DNA of 14,911 bases from an uncultured bacterium (lineage in GTDB: Bacteria > Lernaellota > Lernaellaia > Lernaellales > Lernaellaceae). Made by a program: the position numbers and the translations under genes. The stretch is taken from NCBI GenBank assembly GCA_964534375.1, contig CAZHPN010000154.1:1-14911 (forward strand), written 5' to 3'. Shown piece after piece: positions 7,375 through 14,910 of the stretch. The stretch's first letter is position 1. Each line of letters starts with the position of its first letter. Under the pieces are notes generated by a model that was not told the origin of the DNA, made no database searches, and worked only from the letters and a program-made list of their open reading frames with translations.

Positions 7375-8753
7375 GTTTGACCGAACACGTTCATCTCGTT
7401 GGCGTCGGCGGCATCGGCATGTCCGGCATCGCCGAAATCCTGCTCAATCTCGGGTTCCAAGTCTCGGGGTCGGATCTCCGAGAGAACGAAATCACCGCCA
7501 ACCTCGCCCGCCTCGGCGCCAAGATTTACACGGGCCACGACGGCAAATTCGTGGAACGGGCCGACGTCGTGGTGACCAGCAGCGCCATTCGCCCGACCAA
7601 CCCCGAGATCATTGCCGCGAAGGCGGCCAAGATTCCGGTGATCCCCCGCGCGGAAATGCTCGCCGAATTGATGCGCATGAAAAGCTACGGCATCGCGGTC
7701 GCGGGCGCGCATGGCAAGACCACGACGACCAGCCTGATGGCGCTGACCCTCGCGGCCGCCGGGTTCGATCCGACCGTCGTCGTCGGCGGGCGCGTCGACT
7801 CGATCGGCTCCAACGCCAAGCTCGGCGGCGGCGACACCTTCGTCACCGAGGCCGACGAGTCCGACGGCAGCTTCCTGCTGCTCAGCCCGACCGTCGCGGT
7901 CGTGACCAACATCGACCTGGAACACATGGATTACTACACCGGCCTCGAACAACTCAAACGCACCTTCCTTGAGTTCATCAACAAGGTGCCGTTCTACGGC
8001 CTGAGCGTGCTGTGCTACGACGACGAAAACGTCCGGTCGCTCATCCCGGCGATTCGCAAACGGCTGACCACCTACGGCCTGTCGCCCGAAGCCGAGTTCC
8101 GCGCCACGGACATTGCCTCGGACGGCTTCCACACGCGCTTCACCGCGCGCCACGGCAAGCACGGCGTCCTGGGCGAGGTCGTGCTGCCCCTGCCCGGCCG
8201 CCACATGGTGCAAAACGCGATGGCCGTCGTCGCCGTGGCCCACGAACTCGACATCCCGTTCGCCAGCACCGCGGCCACCTTGCGCGACTTCACCGGCGTG
8301 CGCCGCCGCTTTCAAAAAGTCGGCTTGATCAACGACATCCTGGTCATCGACGACTACGGGCATCACCCCACCGAGATCAAGGCGACGCTCGCCGGCGCGC
8401 GCGCGGGTTTCGACCGCCGTCTGGTGGTGGCGTTCCAGCCGCACCGTTACACGCGCACGCGCGACCTCTTCGACGAGTTCCTCACCGCCTTCCAAGAGGC
8501 GGACAAAGTGCTGGTGACCGACATTTATGCGGCGAGCGAAACGCCGATCGAGGGCGTCACGGCGCAGAAGCTGGTCGACGGCATCCGCGCAATGGGCCAT
8601 CCGGACGTCGTCTATGCGCCCGACAAAAAGGACCTGCTCAACCGGCTGGTCGAGGCCGCGCGGCCGGGCGACCTCATCATCACGCTGGGCGCCGGCGATT
8701 TGAACCAGTTGGCGGAGAAACTCGTGCAACGGCTGGAGGCGAAGTTCGCGTAA
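7368..8753 (+). CDS. murC: UDP-N-acetylmuramate--L-alanine ligase
   Basis: ATG at 7368 with a GGGGAG SD, overlapping the ftsW end by 7 nt. Motifs HLVGVGGIGMSGIA, GSD, RAEML, VAGAHGKTTTTS, EADESDGSF, TNIDLEHMD, GVRRRF, DDYGHHPTE, FQPHRYTRT and GAGD. Confidence 0.97.
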   Translation: MLGLTEHVHLVGVGGIGMSGIAEILLNLGFQVSGSDLRENEITANLARLGAKIYTGHDGKFVERADVVVTSSAIRPTNPEIIAAKAAKIPVIPRAEMLAELMRMKSYGIAVAGAHGKTTTTSLMALTLAAAGFDPTVVVGGRVDSIGSNAKLGGGDTFVTEADESDGSFLLLSPTVAVVTNIDLEHMDYYTGLEQLKRTFLEFINKVPFYGLSVLCYDDENVRSLIPAIRKRLTTYGLSPEAEFRATDIASDGFHTRFTARHGKHGVLGEVVLPLPGRHMVQNAMAVVAVAHELDIPFASTAATLRDFTGVRRRFQKVGLINDILVIDDYGHHPTEIKATLAGARAGFDRRLVVAFQPHRYTRTRDLFDEFLTAFQEADKVLVTDIYAASETPIEGVTAQKLVDGIRAMGHPDVVYAPDKKDLLNRLVEAARPGDLIITLGAGDLNQLAEKLVQRLEAKFA

Positions 8754-9685
8754 TGCGCACGGCATTGCACCAGAAATTGGCGGACCTGCTCGGCGAGCGG
8801 TGCGCGTTCGATGTGCCGATGGCGCCGCTGACGCTGTGGCAGGTCGGCGGGCCGGCGGATTGCGTCGTGCGGCCGCGGACGACGGCCGAAATCGGCGAGA
8901 TCTTCCGGCTGTGCGCCGCGGACAACCAGGCGGCGCGCGTCATCGGCGCGGCGTCCAATCTGCTGGTGCTCGACGGCGGCTTGCGCGGAGTGACGATTCT
9001 GCTGCGCCAGGGTTTCGACAACTTCGATGTGGGGATCGCCGACGACGGCGCGGCGACGGCGGCGATCGGCGCCGCGATGCCGATGCCGGACGCCGTCGAG
9101 CGGGCCATCGCCGCGGGCCTCGCGGGTCTCGAATTCATCGCCGGCGTGCCGGGCTCGATCGGCGGCGGCGTGCGGATGAACGCCGGCACGAAGCTCGGCG
9201 ATTTTTCCGGGGCGCTGGTCGAGATCGAATACGTCGACGCCGCCGGCAAAGTACGCCGCCTGCCGCGCGAAAAACTGACCTACCGCTACCGCGGCCTGGC
9301 GATCGACGGCCCGTTCGCCGTGACCGAGGCGGTGCTGCAACTGAAGCGCGACGACCCGGCGGTCATCCGCGCCTGCGTGGACGACATCATCGCCCGGCGG
9401 CGCGAACGGCATCCGCTGCACCTGCCGAGTTGCGGCTCGACGTTCAAGAATCCGGAAGGCGATTACGCCGCGCGGCTGATCGAGGCGGCGGGGCTCAAGG
9501 GGCATCAGATCGGCGGCGCGCAGGTGAGCGAAAAGCACGCCAATTTTTTCCTGAACACGGGCGGCGCGACCGCGGCCGACATCCTGGCGCTGATCGAATA
9601 TGCCCGCGAGGCCGTCTACCGCAAGTTCGGCGTCTGGCTCGAACCCGAAGTGAAAATCTGGGGCGAACGCGATGTGGAAAAATAA
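8753..9685 (+). CDS. murB: UDP-N-acetylenolpyruvoylglucosamine reductase
   Basis: The ATG overlaps the murC stop (TAATG) with GGAGG upstream. Motifs GGPAD, SNLLV, GLEFIAGVPGSIGGGVRMNAG, YR, PSCGSTFKNP, HANF and LEPEV. Confidence 0.96.
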   Translation: MRTALHQKLADLLGERCAFDVPMAPLTLWQVGGPADCVVRPRTTAEIGEIFRLCAADNQAARVIGAASNLLVLDGGLRGVTILLRQGFDNFDVGIADDGAATAAIGAAMPMPDAVERAIAAGLAGLEFIAGVPGSIGGGVRMNAGTKLGDFSGALVEIEYVDAAGKVRRLPREKLTYRYRGLAIDGPFAVTEAVLQLKRDDPAVIRACVDDIIARRRERHPLHLPSCGSTFKNPEGDYAARLIEAAGLKGHQIGGAQVSEKHANFFLNTGGATAADILALIEYAREAVYRKFGVWLEPEVKIWGERDVEK

Positions 9686-10619
9686 GAAGGTCGGCGTCTT
9701 GATGGGCGGCCCGAGCTCGGAGCGCGAAGTGTCGCTGCGCACGGGGCAGGCCGTGCTGAAGGCCCTGCGCGAGAAGGGCTACGAAGCGGTCGAACTCGAC
9801 CTTCACGAAAACACGGCGGCGCAAATGCTCGCCCAGGGCGTACAGGTCGTTTACAACGCGCTGCACGGCAAATGGGGCGAAGACGGCTGCGTGCAGGGGC
9901 TGCTGGAAGTCCTGCGCATCCCGTACACCGGTCCGGGCGTCACCGCCTCGGCCGTCGGGATGGACAAAGTCATCAGCAAGCGGCTCTTCGAGGCGGAGGG
10001 TCTGGCCGTGCCGCCGTATCGCGTGATCCGCCGCGCGGACCGCCGCGGCGTGGCGGCGGATTCCCCGTTCGGCTGGCCGGTCGTGGCCAAGCCGGCCACC
10101 GAAGGGTCGAGCGTCGGCACGGCGATCGCCACGACGCCTGCGGAACTGGCGGTTGCGATGGACGCCGCGTTCCAACTCGACGAACGGATTCTGCTTGAAC
10201 AATACCTGCCCGGCCGCGAGATTCAGGTCGCGGTGCTCGGCGACGACCCCCTGGGCTTGGTCGAGGTCCGGCCGAAGAAAATGCCCGGCGAAAAAATCAC
10301 GTTTTACGACTACGCGCACAAATATACCAAAGGCATGACGGAATATTTCACCAGGCCGGAGAACCTGGATGACGCGACCGCGGCGGAAATCATGCGCCTG
10401 GCGGTCGTCGCCAATCGGGCGATCGGCGGCGAAGGGTTGGTGCGCGTCGATTTGATTCTCGACGGCGCCGGCCGGCCGTGGGTGCTGGAAGTCAACACCC
10501 TGCCCGGCCTCACGGAATTGTCGCTGGCGCCGATGATCGCCCGCGACTGGCGCGGCCTGGCGTTTGCCGATCTCGTCGAAAAGGTGCTCGACACCGCGCG
10601 GCTGAAGATCGGCGTCTGA
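9672..10619 (+). CDS. ddl: D-alanine--D-alanine ligase
   Basis: Motifs GGPSSEREVSL, ALHGKWGEDG, MDK, KPATEGSSVG, LEQYLPGRE and EVNTLPG. The omega loop FYDYAHKY keeps Tyr, consistent with D-Ala-D-Ala rather than D-Ala-D-Lac. Confidence 0.96.
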   Translation: MWKNKKVGVLMGGPSSEREVSLRTGQAVLKALREKGYEAVELDLHENTAAQMLAQGVQVVYNALHGKWGEDGCVQGLLEVLRIPYTGPGVTASAVGMDKVISKRLFEAEGLAVPPYRVIRRADRRGVAADSPFGWPVVAKPATEGSSVGTAIATTPAELAVAMDAAFQLDERILLEQYLPGREIQVAVLGDDPLGLVEVRPKKMPGEKITFYDYAHKYTKGMTEYFTRPENLDDATAAEIMRLAVVANRAIGGEGLVRVDLILDGAGRPWVLEVNTLPGLTELSLAPMIARDWRGLAFADLVEKVLDTARLKIGV

Positions 10620-10639
10620 AGAACGGAGCGAGGAAAGCG

Positions 10640-11491
10640 ATGGCGGGATTGGGCGCGACATCACGGCGGCGCGGCGGCCGCGCGACCTGGCGGGCGATGA
10701 TCGCCGTCCGGGCGCGCGCCGGCTTCGCGTGGCTGGGGCGCGGTTCGCTGCGGGCGGCGCGCCTGTGGCCGGCCGTGCTGTGCGCGCTGCTGATCGTCGC
10801 GGTCTGGCGGCAATTGGGCCACGCCAATTACTTCCGCCTGGCGCAGTTCGACATCCAAACGGGGCCGCACGTGGCGAAGGCGGAGTTGCAAAGCTTCCTG
10901 ACGGCGCGGCTCGGCCAGAACATTTTCACAATCGATCTGAAATTCCTCGCGCAACGGCTCAAGGCGTATCCGTGGATCAAATCCGCCGTGATTCGCCGCG
11001 AACTGCCCAGCGCGTTGCGCGTGGAAATCGTCGAACGCCAGGCGGCGGCGGTGTTGCGCCTCGAGCAGGCGTACCTCGTGGACGAGGATGGCGTCGTGTT
11101 CAAGCGCATCGATCGCGGCGATCCGGTGGACCTGCCGGCGCTGACGGGCTTCTCGGGCGAAGCCTTCGAGCAAGGCGGCGAAATGGCCGAGCGGCAGGCG
11201 CGAAAAATCGCGGAAGCGGTGCATTTGATGCAGCTTTGCCAGAAGACGGCCGTGATCCGCGAAACCGAGATCAGCGAGATCGGCTACGACCTGGTGACCG
11301 GCTTCACGCTGATTACGGCCGATTCCGCCATGGTCGTGCGCTTCGGCGAAGGCGATTACGAGCGCAAGTTGAGGAATTTCGGCCTGCTGGCGCAATCCTT
11401 GAAACAAGGGATGGCGCAAGTGAAGGCCGTCGATCTGGAAACGCCCGGACGGGTGGTGGTGCGCGGTCTGCGGAAAGGAACCGACGCATGA
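10640..11491 (+). CDS. ftsQ: Cell division protein FtsQ/DivIB
   Basis: ATG at 10640 preceded by GAGGAAA. It has a basic cytoplasmic N-terminus, one TM (LWPAVLCALLIVAVW), a POTRA-like segment (GQNIFTIDL...PWIKSAVIRRELPSALRVEIVER) and YLVDEDG. It lies between ddl and ftsA. The start codon is less certain than the gene identity. Confidence 0.9.
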   Translation: MAGLGATSRRRGGRATWRAMIAVRARAGFAWLGRGSLRAARLWPAVLCALLIVAVWRQLGHANYFRLAQFDIQTGPHVAKAELQSFLTARLGQNIFTIDLKFLAQRLKAYPWIKSAVIRRELPSALRVEIVERQAAAVLRLEQAYLVDEDGVVFKRIDRGDPVDLPALTGFSGEAFEQGGEMAERQARKIAEAVHLMQLCQKTAVIRETEISEIGYDLVTGFTLITADSAMVVRFGEGDYERKLRNFGLLAQSLKQGMAQVKAVDLETPGRVVVRGLRKGTDA

Positions 11492-12717
11492 GACGAAAAG
11501 CCGGCTCGACGATCACCGGCCTCGATATTGGCTCGGCGAAGGTGTGTTGCGCGATCGCCGACCAGCTCGAAGGCGGCGTCGAAATCATCGGCCTGGGCAC
11601 GCATCCGTCGACCGGCCTGGTCAAGGGGATGGTCGTCGACGTCGAGGCGACCACCGAAGCGATCGGCAAGGCCGTCGAGGAGGCCGAAAAGATGGCGCAT
11701 CAGCGGGTGCGCTCGGCCTTCATCGGCATCGCCGGCACGGGGATCAAAGGTTTCGCCAGCCAGGGCATGCTGCCGCTGCGCGGGCGCAAAGTGACGGCCG
11801 AGGACATGGAGCGCGTGATCGAGGCGGCGGCGGCGGTCGCCATTCCGAAAGACCTGGAAGTGCTGCACGTCCTGCCGCAGGAATACATTCTCGACTACCT
11901 GGGCGGGGTCAAGGACCCGATCGGCATGCAGGGCGCGCGGCTGGAAGCGAACTGCTACATCGTCACGATGGACTCGGCCGCCATCGCCCCGTACGTCCAA
12001 TGCTGCCGCGAGGCGGGCATCGACATCGACGGCGTCGTCCTCGAAACGTTGGCCGCGGCCGACGCCGCGCTGGCCGACGAGGAGCGGCAAACCGGCGCCG
12101 CGCTGCTCGATATCGGCGGCGGCACGACCGGAATGATGGTCTTCCACAACGAGGCGGTGAAGCATGTGGCGGCCTTTGCCTACGGCGGCGGCCACGTGAC
12201 CAACGACATCGCCCGTTGCCTGCACCTGACGACCGCCAAGGCCGAGTGGCTGAAAAAGCGCTACGGGCATTGCCTTCCGGCCGACGTCATGCCGGGCGAA
12301 GAGATCGAGGTCGAATCCGTCGGCGACGGCGAAACGGTGGTCATCGACAACCGCGTGCTGTGCGAGATCATCGAGGCCCGCGTCGACGAGATTCTGCAAT
12401 TGGCGCTGACCGAACTGCAGCGCGTCGATCTGGACCGCCTCGTGAAAGACATCGTGCTGACCGGCGGCTCCGCCCACTTGCGCGGCATCGACGAGCTGGC
12501 GTCCAAGATTTTCAACCGGCACGTGCGGATCGGCCAGCCGCGGCACATCGGCGGCCTGGTCGATGTGGTTTCCAGCCCGATGTACGCGGCGGCGGTGGGC
12601 CTGGTGCTGTTCGGGTCCAACGAAATGAGCCTGTCGAAATACGGCAAGCCGAACGATCCGTTGTTCGGGCGGGTTTCGCGCAAATTCAAGACTTGGGTGA
12701 CCAAATTGATCAAATAG
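11488..12717 (+). CDS. ftsA: Cell division protein FtsA
   Basis: The ATG overlaps the ftsQ stop (ATGA) with an AAAGGA SD. Actin-like motifs GLDIGSAKV, DIGGGTT, GGGHVTNDIA, AEWLKKRYG, IIEARVDEI and VLTGGSA. C-terminal amphipathic helix LFGRVSRKFKTWVTKLIK. Confidence 0.97.
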   Translation: MRRKAGSTITGLDIGSAKVCCAIADQLEGGVEIIGLGTHPSTGLVKGMVVDVEATTEAIGKAVEEAEKMAHQRVRSAFIGIAGTGIKGFASQGMLPLRGRKVTAEDMERVIEAAAAVAIPKDLEVLHVLPQEYILDYLGGVKDPIGMQGARLEANCYIVTMDSAAIAPYVQCCREAGIDIDGVVLETLAAADAALADEERQTGAALLDIGGGTTGMMVFHNEAVKHVAAFAYGGGHVTNDIARCLHLTTAKAEWLKKRYGHCLPADVMPGEEIEVESVGDGETVVIDNRVLCEIIEARVDEILQLALTELQRVDLDRLVKDIVLTGGSAHLRGIDELASKIFNRHVRIGQPRHIGGLVDVVSSPMYAAAVGLVLFGSNEMSLSKYGKPNDPLFGRVSRKFKTWVTKLIK

Positions 12718-12733
12718 CGGATACGCGGCAAAC

Positions 12734-12755
12734 GAGCCTGGGGGCTCCCTTTTTT
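12734..12755 (+). terminator. Small hairpin plus U-tract between ftsA and ftsZ (possible weak intrinsic terminator or attenuator)
   Basis: GAGCC-TGGG-GGCTC is followed by CC and TTTTTT. The stem is only 5-6 bp. Confidence 0.4.
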
Positions 12756-12757
12756 CC

Positions 12758-12762
12758 GGAGG
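12758..12762 (+). promoter_or_regulatory. Shine-Dalgarno site of ftsZ
   Basis: GGAGG lies 5 nt upstream of the ATG at 12768. Confidence 0.8.
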
Positions 12763-12767
12763 ACGAG

Positions 12768-14018
12768 ATGGGTTTGAAGTTCAGCATTATCGAGCCGGAG
12801 AACGCGGCGAAGATCAAAGTGATCGGGGTCGGCGGATGCGGCAACAACGCCCTGAACACGATGATCGAGGACGGCGTGGACGGGGTGGAGTTCATCGCCT
12901 GCAACACCGACAAGCAGGTGCTCACCAACAACCTCGCCGGCATCAAGGTTTCGCTCGGGGCCGGCCTCGGCGCCGGCGGCGACCCGGAGGTCGGCAAACG
13001 CGAGGCCGAGAAATCGATCGACCGCCTCAAGGAAGTGCTGGAAGGGGCGGACATGGTGTTCATCACAGCCGGCATGGGCGGCGGCACCGGCACCGGCGCC
13101 GCGCCGATCGTCGCCAAGGTGGCGCGCGAAACCGGCGCGTTGACCGTCGCGGTCGTCACCAAGCCGTTCGTCTACGAAGGCCGGCGGCGCATGCGCGTGG
13201 CGGAAGAAGGCATCAAAGCGCTGCGGGAGAACGTCGACACGATCATCGTCATTCCGAACCAGAAGCTGCTCGCCGTCGCGGGCGCGGACACCTCGCTGAT
13301 GGACGCGTTCCGCAAGGCCAACGACGTGCTGCTCAAGGGCGTGCGCTCGATCTCCGACCTGGTCGTGCGCCAGGGGCACGTCAACCTCGACTTCGCCGAC
13401 GTGAAATCGGTGATGAAGGCGACCGAGAGCGCCGGCGAACTCGCCCTGATGGGCGCCGGTCAGGCCAAGGGCGAAAAGCGCGCGGTGGAAGCGGCGGCCG
13501 AGGCGATCAGTTGCCCGTTGATGGAAAACGTCAGCATCGACGGCGCGCGCGGCGTGCTCATCAACATCACCGGCGGCATGGACCTGCGGCTGTCGGAGGT
13601 CAACGAAGCGGCCGAATTGATTATGAAGTCGTGCGCCGAGGACGCCGCCATCTTCTGGGGCCAGGTCATCGACCCCAATATGAACGACGAGGTCCGCGTC
13701 ACCGTCATCGCCACCGGCTTCGACGAAGCCCGCGAACACATCAACCAGAACCGGACGCTGGTCGTCGAGCGCCAGCGCGAAACCCCGCTCAATCGCCCCG
13801 CGGCCAATCCGTGGCCGAACAACGAAGGCAATCGCCCGCGGCCGGTCGAGCCGCCGCCCGCGAAACGGCCCGAGGCCAACAACGAACGCGGCAACCCCTT
13901 CGGCAACGCGGTGAACCGGCCGAAACCCGAGCGGCAAACGTGGCGCAACCCGAGCTTGACGGCCGAGGAGGACGCCTATGACGTGCCGGCGTTCCTGCGC
14001 AAGCGCAAGCCGGACTGA
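12768..14018 (+). CDS. ftsZ: Cell division GTPase FtsZ
   Basis: Motifs IKVIGVGGCGNNA, NTD, GLGAG, tubulin signature GMGGGTGTG, PFVYEG, T7 loop NLDFADV, VTVIATGF and the C-terminal conserved peptide DVPAFLRK. Confidence 0.98.
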   Translation: MGLKFSIIEPENAAKIKVIGVGGCGNNALNTMIEDGVDGVEFIACNTDKQVLTNNLAGIKVSLGAGLGAGGDPEVGKREAEKSIDRLKEVLEGADMVFITAGMGGGTGTGAAPIVAKVARETGALTVAVVTKPFVYEGRRRMRVAEEGIKALRENVDTIIVIPNQKLLAVAGADTSLMDAFRKANDVLLKGVRSISDLVVRQGHVNLDFADVKSVMKATESAGELALMGAGQAKGEKRAVEAAAEAISCPLMENVSIDGARGVLINITGGMDLRLSEVNEAAELIMKSCAEDAAIFWGQVIDPNMNDEVRVTVIATGFDEAREHINQNRTLVVERQRETPLNRPAANPWPNNEGNRPRPVEPPPAKRPEANNERGNPFGNAVNRPKPERQTWRNPSLTAEEDAYDVPAFLRKRKPD

Positions 14019-14058
14019 CCCGCGGCGCGCCCCCAGGCGACAGCAGCGCCGGTGAACG

Positions 14059-14094
14059 ATCCGGCCGGCGGCGAAGCCGGCCGGATTTCGCTAT
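14059..14094 (+). terminator. Strong GC hairpin downstream of ftsZ, probable operon terminator
   Basis: Perfect 11-bp inverted repeat ATCCGGCCGGC (14059-14069) / GCCGGCCGGAT (14076-14086) with a GGCGAA loop, followed by only a weak U-tract (TTCGCTAT). Confidence 0.6.
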
Positions 14095-14130
14095 CGGCGT
14101 TATGGTTCGATGCAGAGGGAAGGACGCAAG

Positions 14131-14910
14131 ATGTTCACAGTTCGACTGAAGGACCGCGACCTCGAGGTTGCCGACCTGCCGACGCTTGCCAGGCAGGTCA
14201 AAGCGGGCAAAATCGACGCGAACACGGCGGTCTACGATCACCTGCGGGAAGAATGGACGCTCGCCGGAACGGTCACGGCCCCGCCCCGGCGGATGTCGGC
14301 CGCCGCGCCTGCTCAATTGCCGGCAACGCCTGTGGCTGCGGCGCCAGCTAAATTACCGGAAACGCCGGTGGTTGCCGCGCCGCCAAAGCCGGCGCCGAGC
14401 CCGCCGGTCGCCGAGGCGCCGAAACCCGTGCCCGCCGCGCCGCCGAGGCCGGCGCCCACGCCGCCCACCGCGCCGCCAAAACCGCCCGTGAATCCGCCGG
14501 CCAAGCAATCCGCAGCGCCGGACGCCTCATCGGAACCGGCCTGGGCGCGCGAACCGGTCGTTGCGTCCGCGAAACCAACGGCTCCCCCGCCGGCCTCGCC
14601 GAAAAAAAAGAAACGTGAACCCGCGCCCGTCGCGGCGCCGTCCCCGACGCTGAAGAAATCGATCGAGCGGTGGGTGACCCGCGCGGCGGCGGTCGCTCTG
14701 TTCCTGATACTGGTCATGGCGTTCATCACGTACGCCGTCGAGCACAAGGACCAAATGACCGCTGCGGCCGAGGCCGCCAAAAACCCGCCGGCGACGCGCC
14801 ACACCGCCGTGACGCCGACGCCCGCTCCGGAACTCGCGATGTCGCCGACGCCGCCGCCGGTTTCCTTCACGGGCGGGCAATTCGAGGGCGTCATCGGCAA
14901 ACGCGACATC
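14131..14910 (+). CDS. Hypothetical bitopic membrane protein: GYF_2 (DUF4339)-like N-terminus, Pro/Ala-rich linker, one TM helix; 3'-truncated
   Basis: Not in the ORF track because it has no stop in the window. ATG at 14131 with GAGGGAAGGA upstream; an alternative in-frame ATG is at 14110. My translation: MFTVRLKDRDLEVADLPTLARQVKAGKIDANTAVYDHLREEWTLAGTV, then ~120 aa rich in P/A/K, then TM AAAVALFLILVMAFITYAV (14683-14739) preceded by basic residues, then a second Pro/Thr stretch and SFTGGQFEGVIGKRDI. Confidence 0.8.
   Translation, partial: MFTVRLKDRDLEVADLPTLARQVKAGKIDANTAVYDHLREEWTLAGTVTAPPRRMSAAAPAQLPATPVAAAPAKLPETPVVAAPPKPAPSPPVAEAPKPVPAAPPRPAPTPPTAPPKPPVNPPAKQSAAPDASSEPAWAREPVVASAKPTAPPPASPKKKKREPAPVAAPSPTLKKSIERWVTRAAAVALFLILVMAFITYAVEHKDQMTAAAEAAKNPPATRHTAVTPTPAPELAMSPTPPPVSFTGGQFEGVIGKRDI
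14308..14379 (+). repeat. Two-copy 36-nt in-frame tandem repeat (PAQLPATPVAAA / PAKLPETPVVAA)
   Basis: 14308-14343 and 14344-14379 match at 29/36 nt by manual comparison. Confidence 0.75.

Noticed and set aside
10303..10326. Possible D-Ala-D-Lac (vancomycin-resistance type) ligase
   Set aside because: The omega loop YDYAHKY keeps Tyr, the gene is in housekeeping dcw context, and no van genes are present.
1486..13937. Series of long minus-strand ORFs (e.g. 1486-3519, 4487-6193, 5461-7323, 7371-8765, 12261-13937)
   Set aside because: These are antisense shadows of high-GC genes with strong codon bias. They mirror the real gene boundaries and carry no recognisable motifs.
2832..14018. Apparent giant or fused ORFs in the track (678-aa MurF, 921-aa MurC, 557-aa MurB, 662-aa FtsA, 824-aa FtsZ)
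   Set aside because: The N-terminal extensions are Arg/Pro/Gly-rich off-frame readings of the upstream gene. Each real gene has a downstream start, mostly with an SD or stop-start overlap, at the expected family N-terminus. They are not fusions.
14019..14130. tRNA, ncRNA or CRISPR array in the only sizeable intergenic region
   Set aside because: It is 112 nt with a single hairpin, and shows no cloverleaf or spaced direct repeats.
14052..14909. Track ORFs 14052-14351 (+), 14168-14491 (+) and 14313-14909 (-) as the gene after ftsZ
   Set aside because: The frame starting at 14131 has an SD, a coherent domain-linker-TM architecture and mostly GC-ending codons. The others are off-frame or antisense readings of it.
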